Source: Alphaproteobacteria bacterium (GTDB lineage Bacteria > Pseudomonadota > Alphaproteobacteria > M2410). From it: a stretch of 64,000 nucleotides of DNA. The stretch covers positions 2,874-66,873 of the forward strand of contig SBGZ01000088.1 of assembly GCA_006226415.1 (NCBI GenBank). Reading direction: 5' to 3'. How positions within the stretch are numbered: the stretch's first letter is position 1; every line of letters begins with the position of its first letter. The notes under the pieces are model-generated. The model was not told the DNA's origin and did no database searches. It saw only the letters and a program-made list of their open reading frames with translations. Both the position numbers and the translations under genes were made by a program. Below, piece by piece: positions 37,355 through 47,763 of this stretch.

Positions 37355-39682
37355 TTACTGGATCAGCAGCGGCTTCGGAGATTTGTCCTCAATCCGTTTG
37401 GTGCCACCACCGCCCGGTGTTTCGACGATTTCGAAGGCGAGCTTGTCGTTCTCACCCACAATCACACGCACGGTGCCGCCCTTCTTCAGGGAGCCAAACA
37501 AAATCTCATCTGCCAGCGGGCGCTTGATATTGTCCTGAATGACCCGCGACAAGGGCCGCGCGCCAAACTTGTCATCATAGCCCCGCTCAGCAAGCCATTC
37601 GGTTGCCGCGTCTGAAAGCTCAAAAGTGATATTGCGGTCTGCAAGCTGCGCTTCCAGTTCCAGTACAAATTTCTGAACAACCTTATAGATCACTTCCCGC
37701 GGCAGACCGTTAAACGGAACAACAGCGTCGAGCCGGTTGCGGAACTCAGGCGTAAACAGGCGGTTGATCGCCTCTTCGTCCTCGCCCTCCCGCTTGCCAC
37801 GGGCAAAGCCAATCGCTTCTTTTTGCATATCCGCAGCACCCGCATTAGACGTCATAATCAAGATGACATTGCGGAAGTCGATCTTCTTACCATTATGGTC
37901 CGTTAGCTTGCCGTGATCCATGACCTGCAACAAAATATTGAAAAGGTCGGGATGCGCCTTCTCGATTTCATCGAGCAAGACAACCGAATGCGGATGCTGA
38001 TCGACCCCATCGGTCAAAAGCCCACCCTGATCAAATCCAACATAACCGGGGGGCGCGCCAATAAGCCGCGAGACCGTGTGCCGTTCCATATATTCAGACA
38101 TATCGAAACGCAGAAGCTCAACACCCAGCGTCGAAGCGAGCTGTTTGGCCACTTCCGTTTTGCCGACCCCTGTCGGGCCACTAAACAAATAACAGCCGAT
38201 GGGCTTTTCAGGTTCCCGCAGCCCCGCCCGCGCCAATTTGATGGCCGCCGAAAGCTGATCGATTGCCTGATCCTGTCCGTAAACCACACGCTTCAGGTTG
38301 CGATCGAGATCTTTGAGCACCTCGGTATCGGTCTTGGACACAGATTTCGGAGGAATACGCGCCATCTTTGAAATGACGGTCTCAATCTCCTTGACGCCAA
38401 TCTTCTTCTTGCGCTTTTCCTCAGGAACCAGCATCTGGCTCGCGCCCGCCTCGTCGATCACATCAATGGCCTTGTCCGGCAGCTTACGGTCGCCGATATA
38501 CTTCGCAGAAAGCTCCACCGCCGACTTAATGGCATCATTTGTGTATTTGAGATGATGGAACTCCTCAAAATACGGCTTCAGCCCTTTGAGGATTTTGATC
38601 GCATCATCTATGGAAGGCTCTTTGACGTCGATTTTCTGGAAGCGTCGCACCAGCGCCCGGTCTTTTTCAAAGTGCTGGCGATATTCCTTATAGGTAGTCG
38701 AACCAATGCAGCGCAGAGAACCATTAGACAGCGCTGGCTTTAAAAGATTGGACGCATCCATGGCACCGCCACTGGTCGCACCAGCGCCAATCACCGTATG
38801 AATTTCGTCGATAAAGAGGATCGCCCCCTCATGTTCTTCAAGCTCTTTCAGAACGGCCTTGATCCGCTCCTCAAAGTCACCCCGATAACGGGTGCCAGCA
38901 AGCAGCGTCCCCATATCAAGGCTAAAAATGGTCGCATTGGAAAGAACCTCGGGCACTTCCCCTTTCACAATCTTGCGCGCCAGACCCTCAGCGATGGCTG
39001 TTTTGCCAACGCCGCTGTCACCCACAAAGAGCGGGTTGTTTTTGGATCGCCGACAAAGAATTTGGATCGTGCGTTCAACTTCCGCCTCGCGGCCAATGAG
39101 GGGATCGATCTTACCTTCCGCCGCTTTGCGATTAAGGTCCACACAATAGGCCTCAAGCGCCTCTGAGCCTTGCTTGACACCGCCCTCTTCGTCCTCGCCC
39201 TCCTCGTTGACACCGCTCACATGGCGGTCCTCCGACATGCCGGGACGCTTGGCGACACCATGGGAAATATAATTCACCGCATCGTAGCGTGTCATCTCCT
39301 GCTCCTGCAGGAAATAAACCGCATGACTTTCCCGCTCGGCAAAAAGAGCCACCAGAACATTCGCGCCGGTAACCTCCTCCCGGCCAGAACTTTGGACATG
39401 AATAACCGCCCGCTGAATAACGCGCTGGAAGCCCGCTGTTGGCTTGGCTTCATCCCCATCAGACACTTTTAGCGTGGCGAGGTCGTGATCAACATAATTC
39501 AGGAGTTTTTCTTTAAGGTCGCCCAGGTTCACATCGCAGGCGCGCATCACAGCGGCCGCATCATTGTCGTCAACCAGAGCCAGAAGCAAATGCTCAAGCG
39601 TGGCATATTCATGCGAACGCTCGCTCGCATAAGTCAATGCCTGGTGCAAAGCCTCTTCTAGAGATTTTGAAAACGACGGCAT
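37355..39682 (-). CDS. clpA: ATP-dependent Clp protease ATP-binding subunit ClpA
   Basis: Two AAA+ modules are present ([15 protein letters not shown] and [15 protein letters not shown]), after an N-terminal Clp_N repeat. Confidence 0.95.
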   Translation of the reverse strand: MPSFSKSLEEALHQALTYASERSHEYATLEHLLLALVDDNDAAAVMRACDVNLGDLKEKLLNYVDHDLATLKVSDGDEAKPTAGFQRVIQRAVIHVQSSGREEVTGANVLVALFAERESHAVYFLQEQEMTRYDAVNYISHGVAKRPGMSEDRHVSGVNEEGEDEEGGVKQGSEALEAYCVDLNRKAAEGKIDPLIGREAEVERTIQILCRRSKNNPLFVGDSGVGKTAIAEGLARKIVKGEVPEVLSNATIFSLDMGTLLAGTRYRGDFEERIKAVLKELEEHEGAILFIDEIHTVIGAGATSGGAMDASNLLKPALSNGSLRCIGSTTYKEYRQHFEKDRALVRRFQKIDVKEPSIDDAIKILKGLKPYFEEFHHLKYTNDAIKSAVELSAKYIGDRKLPDKAIDVIDEAGASQMLVPEEKRKKKIGVKEIETVISKMARIPPKSVSKTDTEVLKDLDRNLKRVVYGQDQAIDQLSAAIKLARAGLREPEKPIGCYLFSGPTGVGKTEVAKQLASTLGVELLRFDMSEYMERHTVSRLIGAPPGYVGFDQGGLLTDGVDQHPHSVVLLDEIEKAHPDLFNILLQVMDHGKLTDHNGKKIDFRNVILIMTSNAGAADMQKEAIGFARGKREGEDEEAINRLFTPEFRNRLDAVVPFNGLPREVIYKVVQKFVLELEAQLADRNITFELSDAATEWLAERGYDDKFGARPLSRVIQDNIKRPLADEILFGSLKKGGTVRVIVGENDKLAFEIVETPGGGGTKRIEDKSPKPLLIQ

Positions 39683-39689
39683 GAGACCT

Positions 39690-40070
39690 TTACTCCTTCT
39701 CCATTGTACACTGCAGAGGATGCTGATTTTGACGCGCCGCGTCGAGCACCTCTGTCACTTTCGATTCAGCTACCTCATAGCTATAGACCCCACACACACC
39801 GACGCCATTCTGGTGCACATGGAGCATAATCTGCAATGCATCATCCTGGTTTTTGTTGAAGAAACGTTGAAGAATCCAAACAACAAATTCCATCGGCGTG
39901 TAATCATCGTTAAGGAGCAACACACGGTAGAGCGACGGTTTCTTGGTTTTTGGGCGCGTTTTCGTGATGAGGCCGGTATTCGTACCGCCCCCGCGCTCAT
40001 CATCCTTTTTTCCCGGCCCCAAGGCCGGCACACGTCTGGTCATTCGAGTCACATTACTCATGTCACACAT
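39690..40070 (-). CDS. clpS: ClpS adaptor protein
   Basis: Contains [24 protein letters not shown]....A..IML.VH..G..VCG.Y. The true start may be one of the internal Met codons (40061 or 40043). Confidence 0.85.
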   Translation of the reverse strand: MCDMSNVTRMTRRVPALGPGKKDDERGGGTNTGLITKTRPKTKKPSLYRVLLLNDDYTPMEFVVWILQRFFNKNQDDALQIMLHVHQNGVGVCGVYSYEVAESKVTEVLDAARQNQHPLQCTMEKE

Positions 40071-40169
40071 TTTGTCTCACCGGTTGTCGTTTGACCAGCC
40101 CATCCCCCCAAACCGGGCTAAAAAGCGCTGTCTAACCTCAATTGCTCACAGCAATGCCAGATTTCAAGA

Positions 40170-40207
40170 CAAAAAAAGCCCGGGCACTCACGAAGAGGCC
40201 CGGGCCC
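40170..40207 (-). terminator. Intrinsic terminator of the phasin gene
   Basis: The stem is GCCCGGGC (40178-40185) paired with GCCCGGGC (40198-40205). On the minus strand a run of 7 U follows (the A-run at 40171-40177). Confidence 0.7.
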
Positions 40208-40241
40208 TTTAAAAAGATTTCACGCCTCAAAAGGGGAGGAA

Positions 40242-40727
40242 TTAGGAGCGAAATCCTTCAAATACGTCGCCGAAACGACCGCTGATCGGAGCAAAGCTCT
40301 GTTTGGCGCCTGCCCCCCAGATTTCACCGATCTTGTTCAGGTGAGCCGAATAGGCCTCAAACGCTGACTTGGCAAAGGTGCTTTGAATTTCAAACGCATC
40401 TTGCAGGGTCGTGGCGCCAGCAGCCTGATTGACAGCAGCCACACCGTCCTCGAATGACTTCTGATGAAAGGCAATCGATTCATTGGCAATTTTCTCAATG
40501 CTGTCGCCGGCTGCAGTCGCGCTGGCGATGATGGCATTGACGTTTTCCTTGTGGAACTCAGAGATTTCAGGAGCACCGTTCAGGGCCTTGCCCCAGGTGT
40601 CTTTGGCTTTCTCAAAACCTTCCGTCCAGAAGTCCTGAACGTTTTTCGTCGAAGCTGTCACTGTCTTTTCGACCTTTGGGGTCGCCTTCTTGGTTATTTT
40701 TTTGGTTGTTGTCTTCTTGGCAGTCAT
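40242..40727 (-). CDS. Phasin-family (PHA granule-associated) protein with a Lys-rich N-terminus
   Basis: The body is helical and Ala/Glu/Lys-rich in the Phasin_2 style (...ENVNAIIASATAAGDSIEKIANESIAFHQKSFEDGVAAVNQAAG..TLQDAFEIQSTFAKSAFEAY). The N-terminus reads MTAKKTTTKKITKKATPK. Confidence 0.65.
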   Translation of the reverse strand: MTAKKTTTKKITKKATPKVEKTVTASTKNVQDFWTEGFEKAKDTWGKALNGAPEISEFHKENVNAIIASATAAGDSIEKIANESIAFHQKSFEDGVAAVNQAAGATTLQDAFEIQSTFAKSAFEAYSAHLNKIGEIWGAGAKQSFAPISGRFGDVFEGFRS

Positions 40728-40791
40728 TGGGTTCGTCCTTCTTGGAACAGGTGAATAACGCCGCCCGCTCCGGGATGTCTACAGATATTGC

Positions 40792-40857
40792 TGCACTGCA
40801 ACATATCGTAAAAATAGGAATGGCCTCAGATTTTGTCAAGATGTTTTGTGCACTGCA
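40792..40857. promoter_or_regulatory. Two copies of the 9-bp palindrome-like box TGCACTGCA upstream of the phasin gene
   Basis: The copies lie at 40792-40800 and 40849-40857. Both are embedded in ttg(c)TGCACTGCA(a/c)ca, 65 to 130 nt upstream of the phasin ATG. Confidence 0.3.
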
Positions 40858-41107
40858 CCATTAAGCGAAATTCCCGCAGAAAACCGCCATTTCCTAAGAT
40901 TAACAACTTGGCAAGGACACCACCCTATTCTTGAGGCTCGTTCCTCACACCCCACCGGAGACGGCTCATGGACCCCCTTTCCTGGCTCGATGCCATTGCC
41001 CTTTTAGACAATCTGGTCCAATCCGGCGCTGGCACCAGCCCTTATGCTGTTCTGGGTTTTATGGTACTGTCTTCCTTATCGATTTTGACCACGCGGTAAG
41101 ATTAAAA

Positions 41108-42436
41108 ATGCGAGGATCGGGGGATCTTAAAATTCGGGAAAACCCCGCGGCATGGCGGCAATCCCTGACATGGGCTGCCGCCCATTTCGTTGTTTTGTGC
41201 GCCCTGATGATTGGCTTTGTCGGCGCGCCTCCCACTCAGGCCGCCGCCAACCCCAAATACGCCGCCATTGTCATCGACGCCGACACGGGCACCGTGCTTT
41301 TTTCTCGCAATGCCGATTCCCTGCGCTACCCCGCCTCTCTGACCAAGATGATGACCCTCTACATGGCCTTTGATGCGCTTGAAAAAGGGGCGCTGAAAAT
41401 TGATCAAAAGATGAAAGTGTCCAGCCGCGCCGCGGGTCAGGCACCCTCCAAGCTTAATTTAGAGCCAGGCGAACTGATCACGGTAGATCAGGCGATTAAG
41501 GCCCTGATTACAAAATCCGCGAACGATGTAGCCACTGTCCTGGCCGAGACACTTGGCGGCACAGAATATCAATTTGCCGTCAATATGACCCAGCAAGCCA
41601 AACAGCTGGGCATGTACAAGACGACTTTCCGCAATGCCTCGGGCCTGCCCAACCGACGCCAAAAAACCACCGCCGCCGACATGGCCACCCTTGCCCGCGC
41701 CCTCTACGATCACTTCCCGCAGTATTACCACTATTTCTCGACCACGAGCTTTACCTGGAAGGAAAAAACCTACACCTCCCACAATTCGCTTTTGAAAAGC
41801 TATAAGGGAACCGATGGCATCAAGACCGGATACACCCGGGCCTCCGGATTTAATCTGACCACCTCGGCCGTTCATGACGATGAGCGTCTCATTGGTGTCG
41901 TCCTGGGCGGCCGGTCCTCAAAAACCCGCGATGCCCACATGAAGCTCATCATGGATCAGTCGTTCGCCAAGCTGAAAAAGGACCCAGGGCTCATCCCAAA
42001 ACTGGTCAATGTACCAACCCCGCGCCTGAAACCCGGCCGCGAGCCCTTACTCTTCGCCGGCAACAGGCTGGGCCCAAACACGCTATTAGCCAGCAATCGG
42101 ATAAGTGATGAACTTGGCAATGATGCGGAAGCCGGTTTGCCGATTATTGAGCAGGGAGATCAGTCACCACCGCGTGACTGGGGAATTCAGATCGGGGCTT
42201 TTCAAAGCGCCGAAACCGCTCGGGAATATCTCAACCGGGCGCAAGAGGCCATCCCAACGCTCTTGAATACCAAGGACACGGTTATCTTGCCGGTTGAGAC
42301 GAACAACGGAACGGTTTACCGCGCCCGTTTCGGACCGATCAGCGAGATGGATGCCGCACAAGCTTGCGTCACCTTGATTGACAAAGGGTTCTCCTGTTTC
42401 GCCTTCAGCGAAGAGGTCATTACGACGGCTGGCTAG
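41108..42436 (+). CDS. D-alanyl-D-alanine carboxypeptidase (PBP5/6 class) with a C-terminal SPOR domain
   Basis: ASLTKMMT (SxxK), SHN-type and KTG motifs are present. A signal or anchor helix follows the ATG at 41108. The SPOR-like tail reads WGIQIGAFQSAETAREYL...YRARFGP....A..AC. The 59 upstream codons of the track ORF are rejected. Confidence 0.85.
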   Translation: MRGSGDLKIRENPAAWRQSLTWAAAHFVVLCALMIGFVGAPPTQAAANPKYAAIVIDADTGTVLFSRNADSLRYPASLTKMMTLYMAFDALEKGALKIDQKMKVSSRAAGQAPSKLNLEPGELITVDQAIKALITKSANDVATVLAETLGGTEYQFAVNMTQQAKQLGMYKTTFRNASGLPNRRQKTTAADMATLARALYDHFPQYYHYFSTTSFTWKEKTYTSHNSLLKSYKGTDGIKTGYTRASGFNLTTSAVHDDERLIGVVLGGRSSKTRDAHMKLIMDQSFAKLKKDPGLIPKLVNVPTPRLKPGREPLLFAGNRLGPNTLLASNRISDELGNDAEAGLPIIEQGDQSPPRDWGIQIGAFQSAETAREYLNRAQEAIPTLLNTKDTVILPVETNNGTVYRARFGPISEMDAAQACVTLIDKGFSCFAFSEEVITTAG

Positions 42437-43415
42437 CCTCTGAGGCGCTATCGGGCGCTTTACCTGCGTTCTCAACATCAGATCGGGTCAACCCAGGGAG
42501 CTGCAATGTGAGAATAAGGTCGCGCACCTCCTGGCGTGCAGCGACATGGCTCATCGAAAGTTTAAAGTCAGATCCCTGCTCCGTAATGTCGAGCAGCGTT
42601 TGCCCGGTCGGAAAGAGCTCCCGAAAAATCACCCGCTCGCCAAAACCTGGTGCGATGCGAAAGCCGATACGCGGCGACAGGGTTTCCAAAACTTCGCCCA
42701 CACGCCGTTTGTTGCGTGCATCAAGGCTGGAAACGCGATTACGCATCACCACCCAATCAATTGAAGCCCTCTGTTTGAGCGCCCTGTTCTTGCGGCTCTC
42801 CCAAACAAGTTCGGCATAAAGCGATGGGCTGATCACTTCCAAGGTTTCTGGATTAACTTCAGCCAAAAGGTCAAAATCGACAAAACTGTCATTGAGTGGC
42901 GTGATCAGCGTATCCGCCACCGAGTGACCAAGACGAGAAAGATAAGTATCAGACCCGGGACTATCGATGACGATAAAGTCATGATCATTCAACTCATCCA
43001 TTACCGTTTGGAAAATATCACGCTCTTCCGCTTCCGCATCTGCCACAGCGCCTTTGCGGCTGCGCTCAATTACATAGGACTTGGGGAAAAGCAGTTCAGA
43101 CCCTTTGCGTTCGCACCAATCCGAACGGTTTTCCAAATATCGCGTCAAGCTGCGCTGGCGCGAATCCAGATCAATGGCACCAACGGATTTGCCCATCTGC
43201 AGAAGCGAGACCACCACATGCATCGCGGTTGTCGATTTGCCCGAGCCACCTTTTTCATTGCCGAGCACGATGACATGCGGACCCACGCGCGCGTCTACAG
43301 TCGCGTCTCCGCCCAGCGTAAGCTTGGAAGAAAAAGTTGAACCGGACGTTTGACGACCGAAGGTGATGGCCACGAACTTATTGCCTCTTAAAATCATACC
43401 CATGGGGCATGTCAT
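42420..43415 (-). CDS. mipZ: Division-plane positioning ATPase MipZ
   Basis: HVIVLGNEKGGSGKSTTAMHVVVSLLQMGKSVGAIDLDSRQRSL carries the deviant Walker A of the MipZ/ParA group. The true start is probably downstream of 43415 (about 40 extra N-terminal codons). Confidence 0.85.
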   Translation of the reverse strand: MTCPMGMILRGNKFVAITFGRQTSGSTFSSKLTLGGDATVDARVGPHVIVLGNEKGGSGKSTTAMHVVVSLLQMGKSVGAIDLDSRQRSLTRYLENRSDWCERKGSELLFPKSYVIERSRKGAVADAEAEERDIFQTVMDELNDHDFIVIDSPGSDTYLSRLGHSVADTLITPLNDSFVDFDLLAEVNPETLEVISPSLYAELVWESRKNRALKQRASIDWVVMRNRVSSLDARNKRRVGEVLETLSPRIGFRIAPGFGERVIFRELFPTGQTLLDITEQGSDFKLSMSHVAARQEVRDLILTLQLPGLTRSDVENAGKAPDSASEASQPS

Positions 43416-43644
43416 TCACGTCTAACGGCATCATCGCGAAGCCCAAAAACCCAAGGGTCCCAACCCGCCGTCAGGTCGGAATCGCAAGAAACCATGTTAG
43501 AGAAACGCCGCCACCCATGAAACCCGCAATTTACCGCCAAGCCCGGTTTTCCCCAAATGTCTTTCTTTTGACGTCAACAAAAGGCATATATGCAGCCATT
43601 GGCGACAAGCCCTCCGTCAAATGCATAAAAAAGCCTTGTAAATC

Positions 43645-44508
43645 ATGTCTTTAAACCAATCCCACCAAGAACTTCCCATCGTCCGGACGATCGCTGAGCT
43701 GCGCCAACAGGTCAAAGCCTGGCGCCAACAAGGCCTGACGGTTGGCTTTGTTCCAACCATGGGCGCGCTCCATCAGGGGCACCTCTCTCTCGTAGAGATT
43801 GCGGCCGAGCACGCCGACAAAGTCGTCGTGTCGATTTTTGTCAATCCCACCCAATTTGCCCCTCATGAAGATTTCGATGCCTATCCCCGCACCGAAGTAT
43901 CAGACGCCGCCGCCCTCGCCAGCACGCCGGCCAGCCTTATCTATGCGCCCAACGCCCGTGAGGTGTATGCCGAAAACCATTCCACGAAAATCTCGGTCGA
44001 TGGGATTTCTGAAGGACTTTGCGCCGCCACCCGCCCCCATTTCTTCGGCGGCGTTGCACTTGTCGTGACTAAACTGCTCCTCCAGTGCCTGCCTGACATT
44101 GCCGTCTTCGGTGAAAAGGATTATCAGCAACTTCTGGTCATCAAGCGCATGGTGCGCGATCTAAATATTCCCGTCGACATCCTTTCCGGCCCAACGCTGC
44201 GCGATCCTGATGGCCTGGCCACCTCTTCCCGCAACGCCTATCTTTCCGAAGCCGAGCGTAAAATCGCACCGACCCTTCACGCCACACTCCAAGAGACCGC
44301 CGAAATCATCCGCAGCGGCGCACCCGTTGATCGGACCTTGGAGGAAGCTATTCAAAGACTGAGCGCCGCTGGCTTTGACCCCATCGATTATCTGGAACTG
44401 AGGAGCGGCGACGACCTGACCCCCCTCACGACCTACCAAGGGCCTGCCAGATTGCTCGTGGCGGCCCGCCTTGGCGACACACGCCTCATCGACAACATTG
44501 CCGTTTAA
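43645..44508 (+). CDS. panC: Pantoate--beta-alanine ligase
   Basis: Contains GFVPTMGALHQGHLSLV, FVNPTQF and GEKDYQQL. Confidence 0.9.
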   Translation: MSLNQSHQELPIVRTIAELRQQVKAWRQQGLTVGFVPTMGALHQGHLSLVEIAAEHADKVVVSIFVNPTQFAPHEDFDAYPRTEVSDAAALASTPASLIYAPNAREVYAENHSTKISVDGISEGLCAATRPHFFGGVALVVTKLLLQCLPDIAVFGEKDYQQLLVIKRMVRDLNIPVDILSGPTLRDPDGLATSSRNAYLSEAERKIAPTLHATLQETAEIIRSGAPVDRTLEEAIQRLSAAGFDPIDYLELRSGDDLTPLTTYQGPARLLVAARLGDTRLIDNIAV

Positions 44509-44942
44509 AGCAGACCGAGTTCGCTCAGCTCCGCGCGCATTTCCGGCGGCAAATCTTGCGCGCCCGGCGCAACGCTGTCCAGATCCCGAGGCGCATCTTC
44601 AGGTTTGAGATACCGCCAGCCCTGAAACGGCCGCTTGGGCTGATGCGCCGTTGGTACCAGATTATCGTCAAGTACAATGCGGCAGCGAGAGATCCCTTCG
44701 TCGTCATCAAACGTATCTAAATCAAGAATTTTCTGCCGCACTTGAATGACGCCTTTGATCACCCAGTAAAGTGACCCGCCGCCCAACACATCGTCGCGGC
44801 GGCGCGGCGTCATGCGGGTCACGTGAGAAAGGGGCGGATGATCCGGATTTTGGGCCGCGGCCAGAGCGCGCCGACGCTGCCAGTCCTGCAATTGCTCAAG
44901 ACGATCAACCCCGACACACAGCTTGATCAAATGCAAGGTCAC
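44505..44942 (-). CDS. DUF1489-family protein
   Basis: MTLHLIKLCVGVDRLEQLQDWQ opens the product and the size is typical. Its stop overlaps the panC stop (TTAA). Confidence 0.7.
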   Translation of the reverse strand: MTLHLIKLCVGVDRLEQLQDWQRRRALAAAQNPDHPPLSHVTRMTPRRRDDVLGGGSLYWVIKGVIQVRQKILDLDTFDDDEGISRCRIVLDDNLVPTAHQPKRPFQGWRYLKPEDAPRDLDSVAPGAQDLPPEMRAELSELGLL

Positions 44943-46942
44943 GTGGCATCCGCGGCAAATCTGAGGACCACCTGTCCCTCATCAACCTGATCGCCAACCC
45001 CTACCAAAACTTCCGCAATGGCCGCATCGTGAGGCGCGGCTAGACTGTGTTCCATTTTCATGGCCTCTAGCACCAACAAAACTTCGTTCTTGCTGGCCAG
45101 CGCCCCGGCCTCAGCGTTGACGGCAATGATCTTGCCGGTCATGGGCGCGACCAGATGGTCACTACCAGCACCCTCGTCCCCGCCATGATCAAGCGGGTCA
45201 ATTTTTCGAAGCGCATAAAGATGCTCGCCGCTCAAAATTTGAATTTCGCCGCCGATTTCCTTTGCGACCGCAGTTCGCCTTTCGCCGTCGACGAGGGCAT
45301 CAATACGTCCCTCACCGTCAAAGGCGCCTGCGAGCCGGACCTGATCCGTACCATCGCTGACGACAAGATGGTCGCAGGCAAACCCAACCAGAAGAGAAAC
45401 ACTCTGATCACCCACATCCAGCTCAAGCATCCAGCTCAGCTCAACTTCCGGCGCGTTAAGGCGCCACCCATCCCTGAGGTCTAAGCCGGTGCGCCGCCAC
45501 TCCCGCTCCAGTACAAAACGAGCAGCAATAGCCAGAATACCAAGGTCCGGAGTTCCTGTTTCAGGCACAAGATCGCCAAGGTGTTGGTCGATAAAGCCGG
45601 TATCAAGTTCCCCTTGAACAAAAGCCGAGTGTCCCATCACGCGGGCAAGGAAGGCTGCATTCGTGCGAACCCCCATCACCTCGACCTCGCTGAGAGCGCG
45701 CCCCAATTGGTTGATGGCGGCCTCTCGCGTTTCGCCCCAGGTAATCAGCTTGGCGATCATGGGATCATAGAACATGGTCACCTCATCGCCCGAGCGCACC
45801 CCGGTGTCGACGCGAACCGCACCCGTGGCTGCCGGGAAGGCAAGATGATGCAGTGTTCCCGGTGAGGGGAAGAAATTCTTCTGCGGGTCTTCCGCATAAA
45901 GCCGCACTTCAACGGCATGACCGGAGATCGAAAGCTCTTCTTGCGTTTTAGGGAGCTTGCCGCCTGCGGCCACCAAAAGCTGCCAGGCCACAAGGTCTTC
46001 GCCGGTAATCATCTCGGTCACAGGATGCTCGACTTGCAGGCGGGTGTTCATCTCCATGAAATAGAACCGGTCTGCCTTCAGCCCCTCGCTGCCGTCCACA
46101 ATGAACTCGACCGTACCCGCACCCTGATAGCCAATGGCTTTAGCCGCCTCGACAGCCGCCTTCCCCATGGCCGCCCGCACCGCCTCGGTCATACCCGGAG
46201 CCGGAGCCTCTTCAACCACTTTTTGGTGCCGCCTTTGCAGAGAGCAATCCCGCTCAAACAAATGAACGGCATTGCCGTGCCCATCTGCAAAAACCTGGAC
46301 CTCCACATGACGTGGACACAAGACAAACTTCTCGATCAACACGCGGTCATCGCCAAAGGCCGACTTGGCCTCACGCTGAGCGGATTCCAGCTCTTTTGAA
46401 AAGCGCGCCGGGTCCTCAACCTTGCGCATACCCTTCCCGCCGCCCCCGGCGACCGCCTTGATAAGCACCGGATAGCCGATCCTGTTGGCCTCTGCAGCCA
46501 GAAGAGCCTCCGACTGGTCCGCACCGTGATATCCCGGTACAACCGGCACCCCGGCCTTTTCCATCAGCGCCTTCGCCGCATCCTTGAGCCCCATCGCCCG
46601 GATAGCATCGGCCGGTGGCCCAATCCACACAAGCCCTGCCGCCTCAACGGCTTCTGCAAATGCGGCATTCTCGGACAAAAATCCGTAGCCGGGGTGGAGG
46701 GCATCCGCACCGCAAGCCTTCGCAACCTCAATGATCTTATCCCCTTTGAGGTAACTTTCCGAAGCCGCAGCGGGCCCTATCAAATAAGACTCGTCTGCAA
46801 GTGCGACATGGAGCGCGTTCGCATCGGCTTCGGAATAAACCGCGATCGTACGCAGGCCATATTCTTTCGCTGTGCGGATAACGCGGCAGGCAATCTCACC
46901 GCGATTAGCAATGAGAACGGATTTCAATCGAGCAACATTCAT
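44939..46942 (-). CDS. mccA: 3-methylcrotonyl-CoA carboxylase alpha subunit (biotin carboxylase + BCCP)
   Basis: A biotin carboxylase domain is followed by a C-terminal biotinyl AMKME motif. The gene is clustered with a 534-aa carboxyltransferase and an enoyl-CoA hydratase. Confidence 0.85.
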   Translation of the reverse strand: MNVARLKSVLIANRGEIACRVIRTAKEYGLRTIAVYSEADANALHVALADESYLIGPAAASESYLKGDKIIEVAKACGADALHPGYGFLSENAAFAEAVEAAGLVWIGPPADAIRAMGLKDAAKALMEKAGVPVVPGYHGADQSEALLAAEANRIGYPVLIKAVAGGGGKGMRKVEDPARFSKELESAQREAKSAFGDDRVLIEKFVLCPRHVEVQVFADGHGNAVHLFERDCSLQRRHQKVVEEAPAPGMTEAVRAAMGKAAVEAAKAIGYQGAGTVEFIVDGSEGLKADRFYFMEMNTRLQVEHPVTEMITGEDLVAWQLLVAAGGKLPKTQEELSISGHAVEVRLYAEDPQKNFFPSPGTLHHLAFPAATGAVRVDTGVRSGDEVTMFYDPMIAKLITWGETREAAINQLGRALSEVEVMGVRTNAAFLARVMGHSAFVQGELDTGFIDQHLGDLVPETGTPDLGILAIAARFVLEREWRRTGLDLRDGWRLNAPEVELSWMLELDVGDQSVSLLVGFACDHLVVSDGTDQVRLAGAFDGEGRIDALVDGERRTAVAKEIGGEIQILSGEHLYALRKIDPLDHGGDEGAGSDHLVAPMTGKIIAVNAEAGALASKNEVLLVLEAMKMEHSLAAPHDAAIAEVLVGVGDQVDEGQVVLRFAADAT

Positions 46943-47754
46943 TCCGGTTTAGTCCAACTTGGTTTTCGTTTCTCAAGGAAAGCCGCCATGCCTTCCTGCC
47001 CTTCTACGCTCGCCCGGCGGTCTGCAATACGTTTGGCGACATTTGAAACCATATGCCGGTCCATTTCGCGCCAGACTACGCTGTCAATAAGCTCTCGCGA
47101 AGCTTTCACCGCTTCCGGGGCACAATGCATTATATTATCTGCCATTCGTTCAGCAAATTGGGAGAGTGCCTGAAGGTCATCCACAACTTCGTGAACGAGA
47201 CCAATACGCTGCGCCTCCGCCGCATAGAACCGCTCTCCCGACATGAAATAACGCCGCGCCTGGCGCGGGCCAATCGCCTCAATCACGAAGGGAGAAATCA
47301 TCGCCGGGATCAAACCAAGGCGAACCTCCGAAAATGAAAAGATGGCTTCCTTAACCGCCACGGCGATATCACACGCCGCCACAATCCCGAGGCCCCCGCC
47401 CATGGCCGCTCCGTTAACCAGTGCAATGGTTGGCATCGGCAGATCGCGCAAGGCCATCAACATATGAGTGAAGCGTTTCGCATCATCGACATTCTCCGAA
47501 TGCGACATGCCGCCAGCTCTCTTCATAGAGTTCAGATCCGCCCCGGCAGAAAAGCTCTTGCCCTTGCCCTCAATAAACAGGCACCGCAGGTGATCTGCTC
47601 CCTTCAGGTCTTCAAGGGCATCAATCAAATCCACCGTCATTTGCGAATTAAAGGCATTGTGGATTTCCGGCCTATTAAACCGTAAAAAGCCGACACCTTC
47701 TTCGGTCTCAGACAATAGAACTGTTTTCTCGTCAGCCATGGAACCAAACTCCAT
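46939..47754 (-). CDS. Enoyl-CoA hydratase family protein (probable methylglutaconyl-CoA hydratase)
   Basis: Crotonase fold (FLRFNRPEIHNAF, GKGKSFSAGADL, ALVNGAAMGGG). The gene sits between the mccB-like and mccA-like genes. Confidence 0.8.
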   Translation of the reverse strand: MEFGSMADEKTVLLSETEEGVGFLRFNRPEIHNAFNSQMTVDLIDALEDLKGADHLRCLFIEGKGKSFSAGADLNSMKRAGGMSHSENVDDAKRFTHMLMALRDLPMPTIALVNGAAMGGGLGIVAACDIAVAVKEAIFSFSEVRLGLIPAMISPFVIEAIGPRQARRYFMSGERFYAAEAQRIGLVHEVVDDLQALSQFAERMADNIMHCAPEAVKASRELIDSVVWREMDRHMVSNVAKRIADRRASVEGQEGMAAFLEKRKPSWTKPE

Positions 47755-47763
47755 TGGTTAGAA

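Noticed and set aside
43409-43654. An 81-aa ORF in the mipZ-panC divergent region.
   Set aside because: It overlaps both flanking start codons, has no RBS or recognisable sequence, and occupies what should be the shared promoter region.
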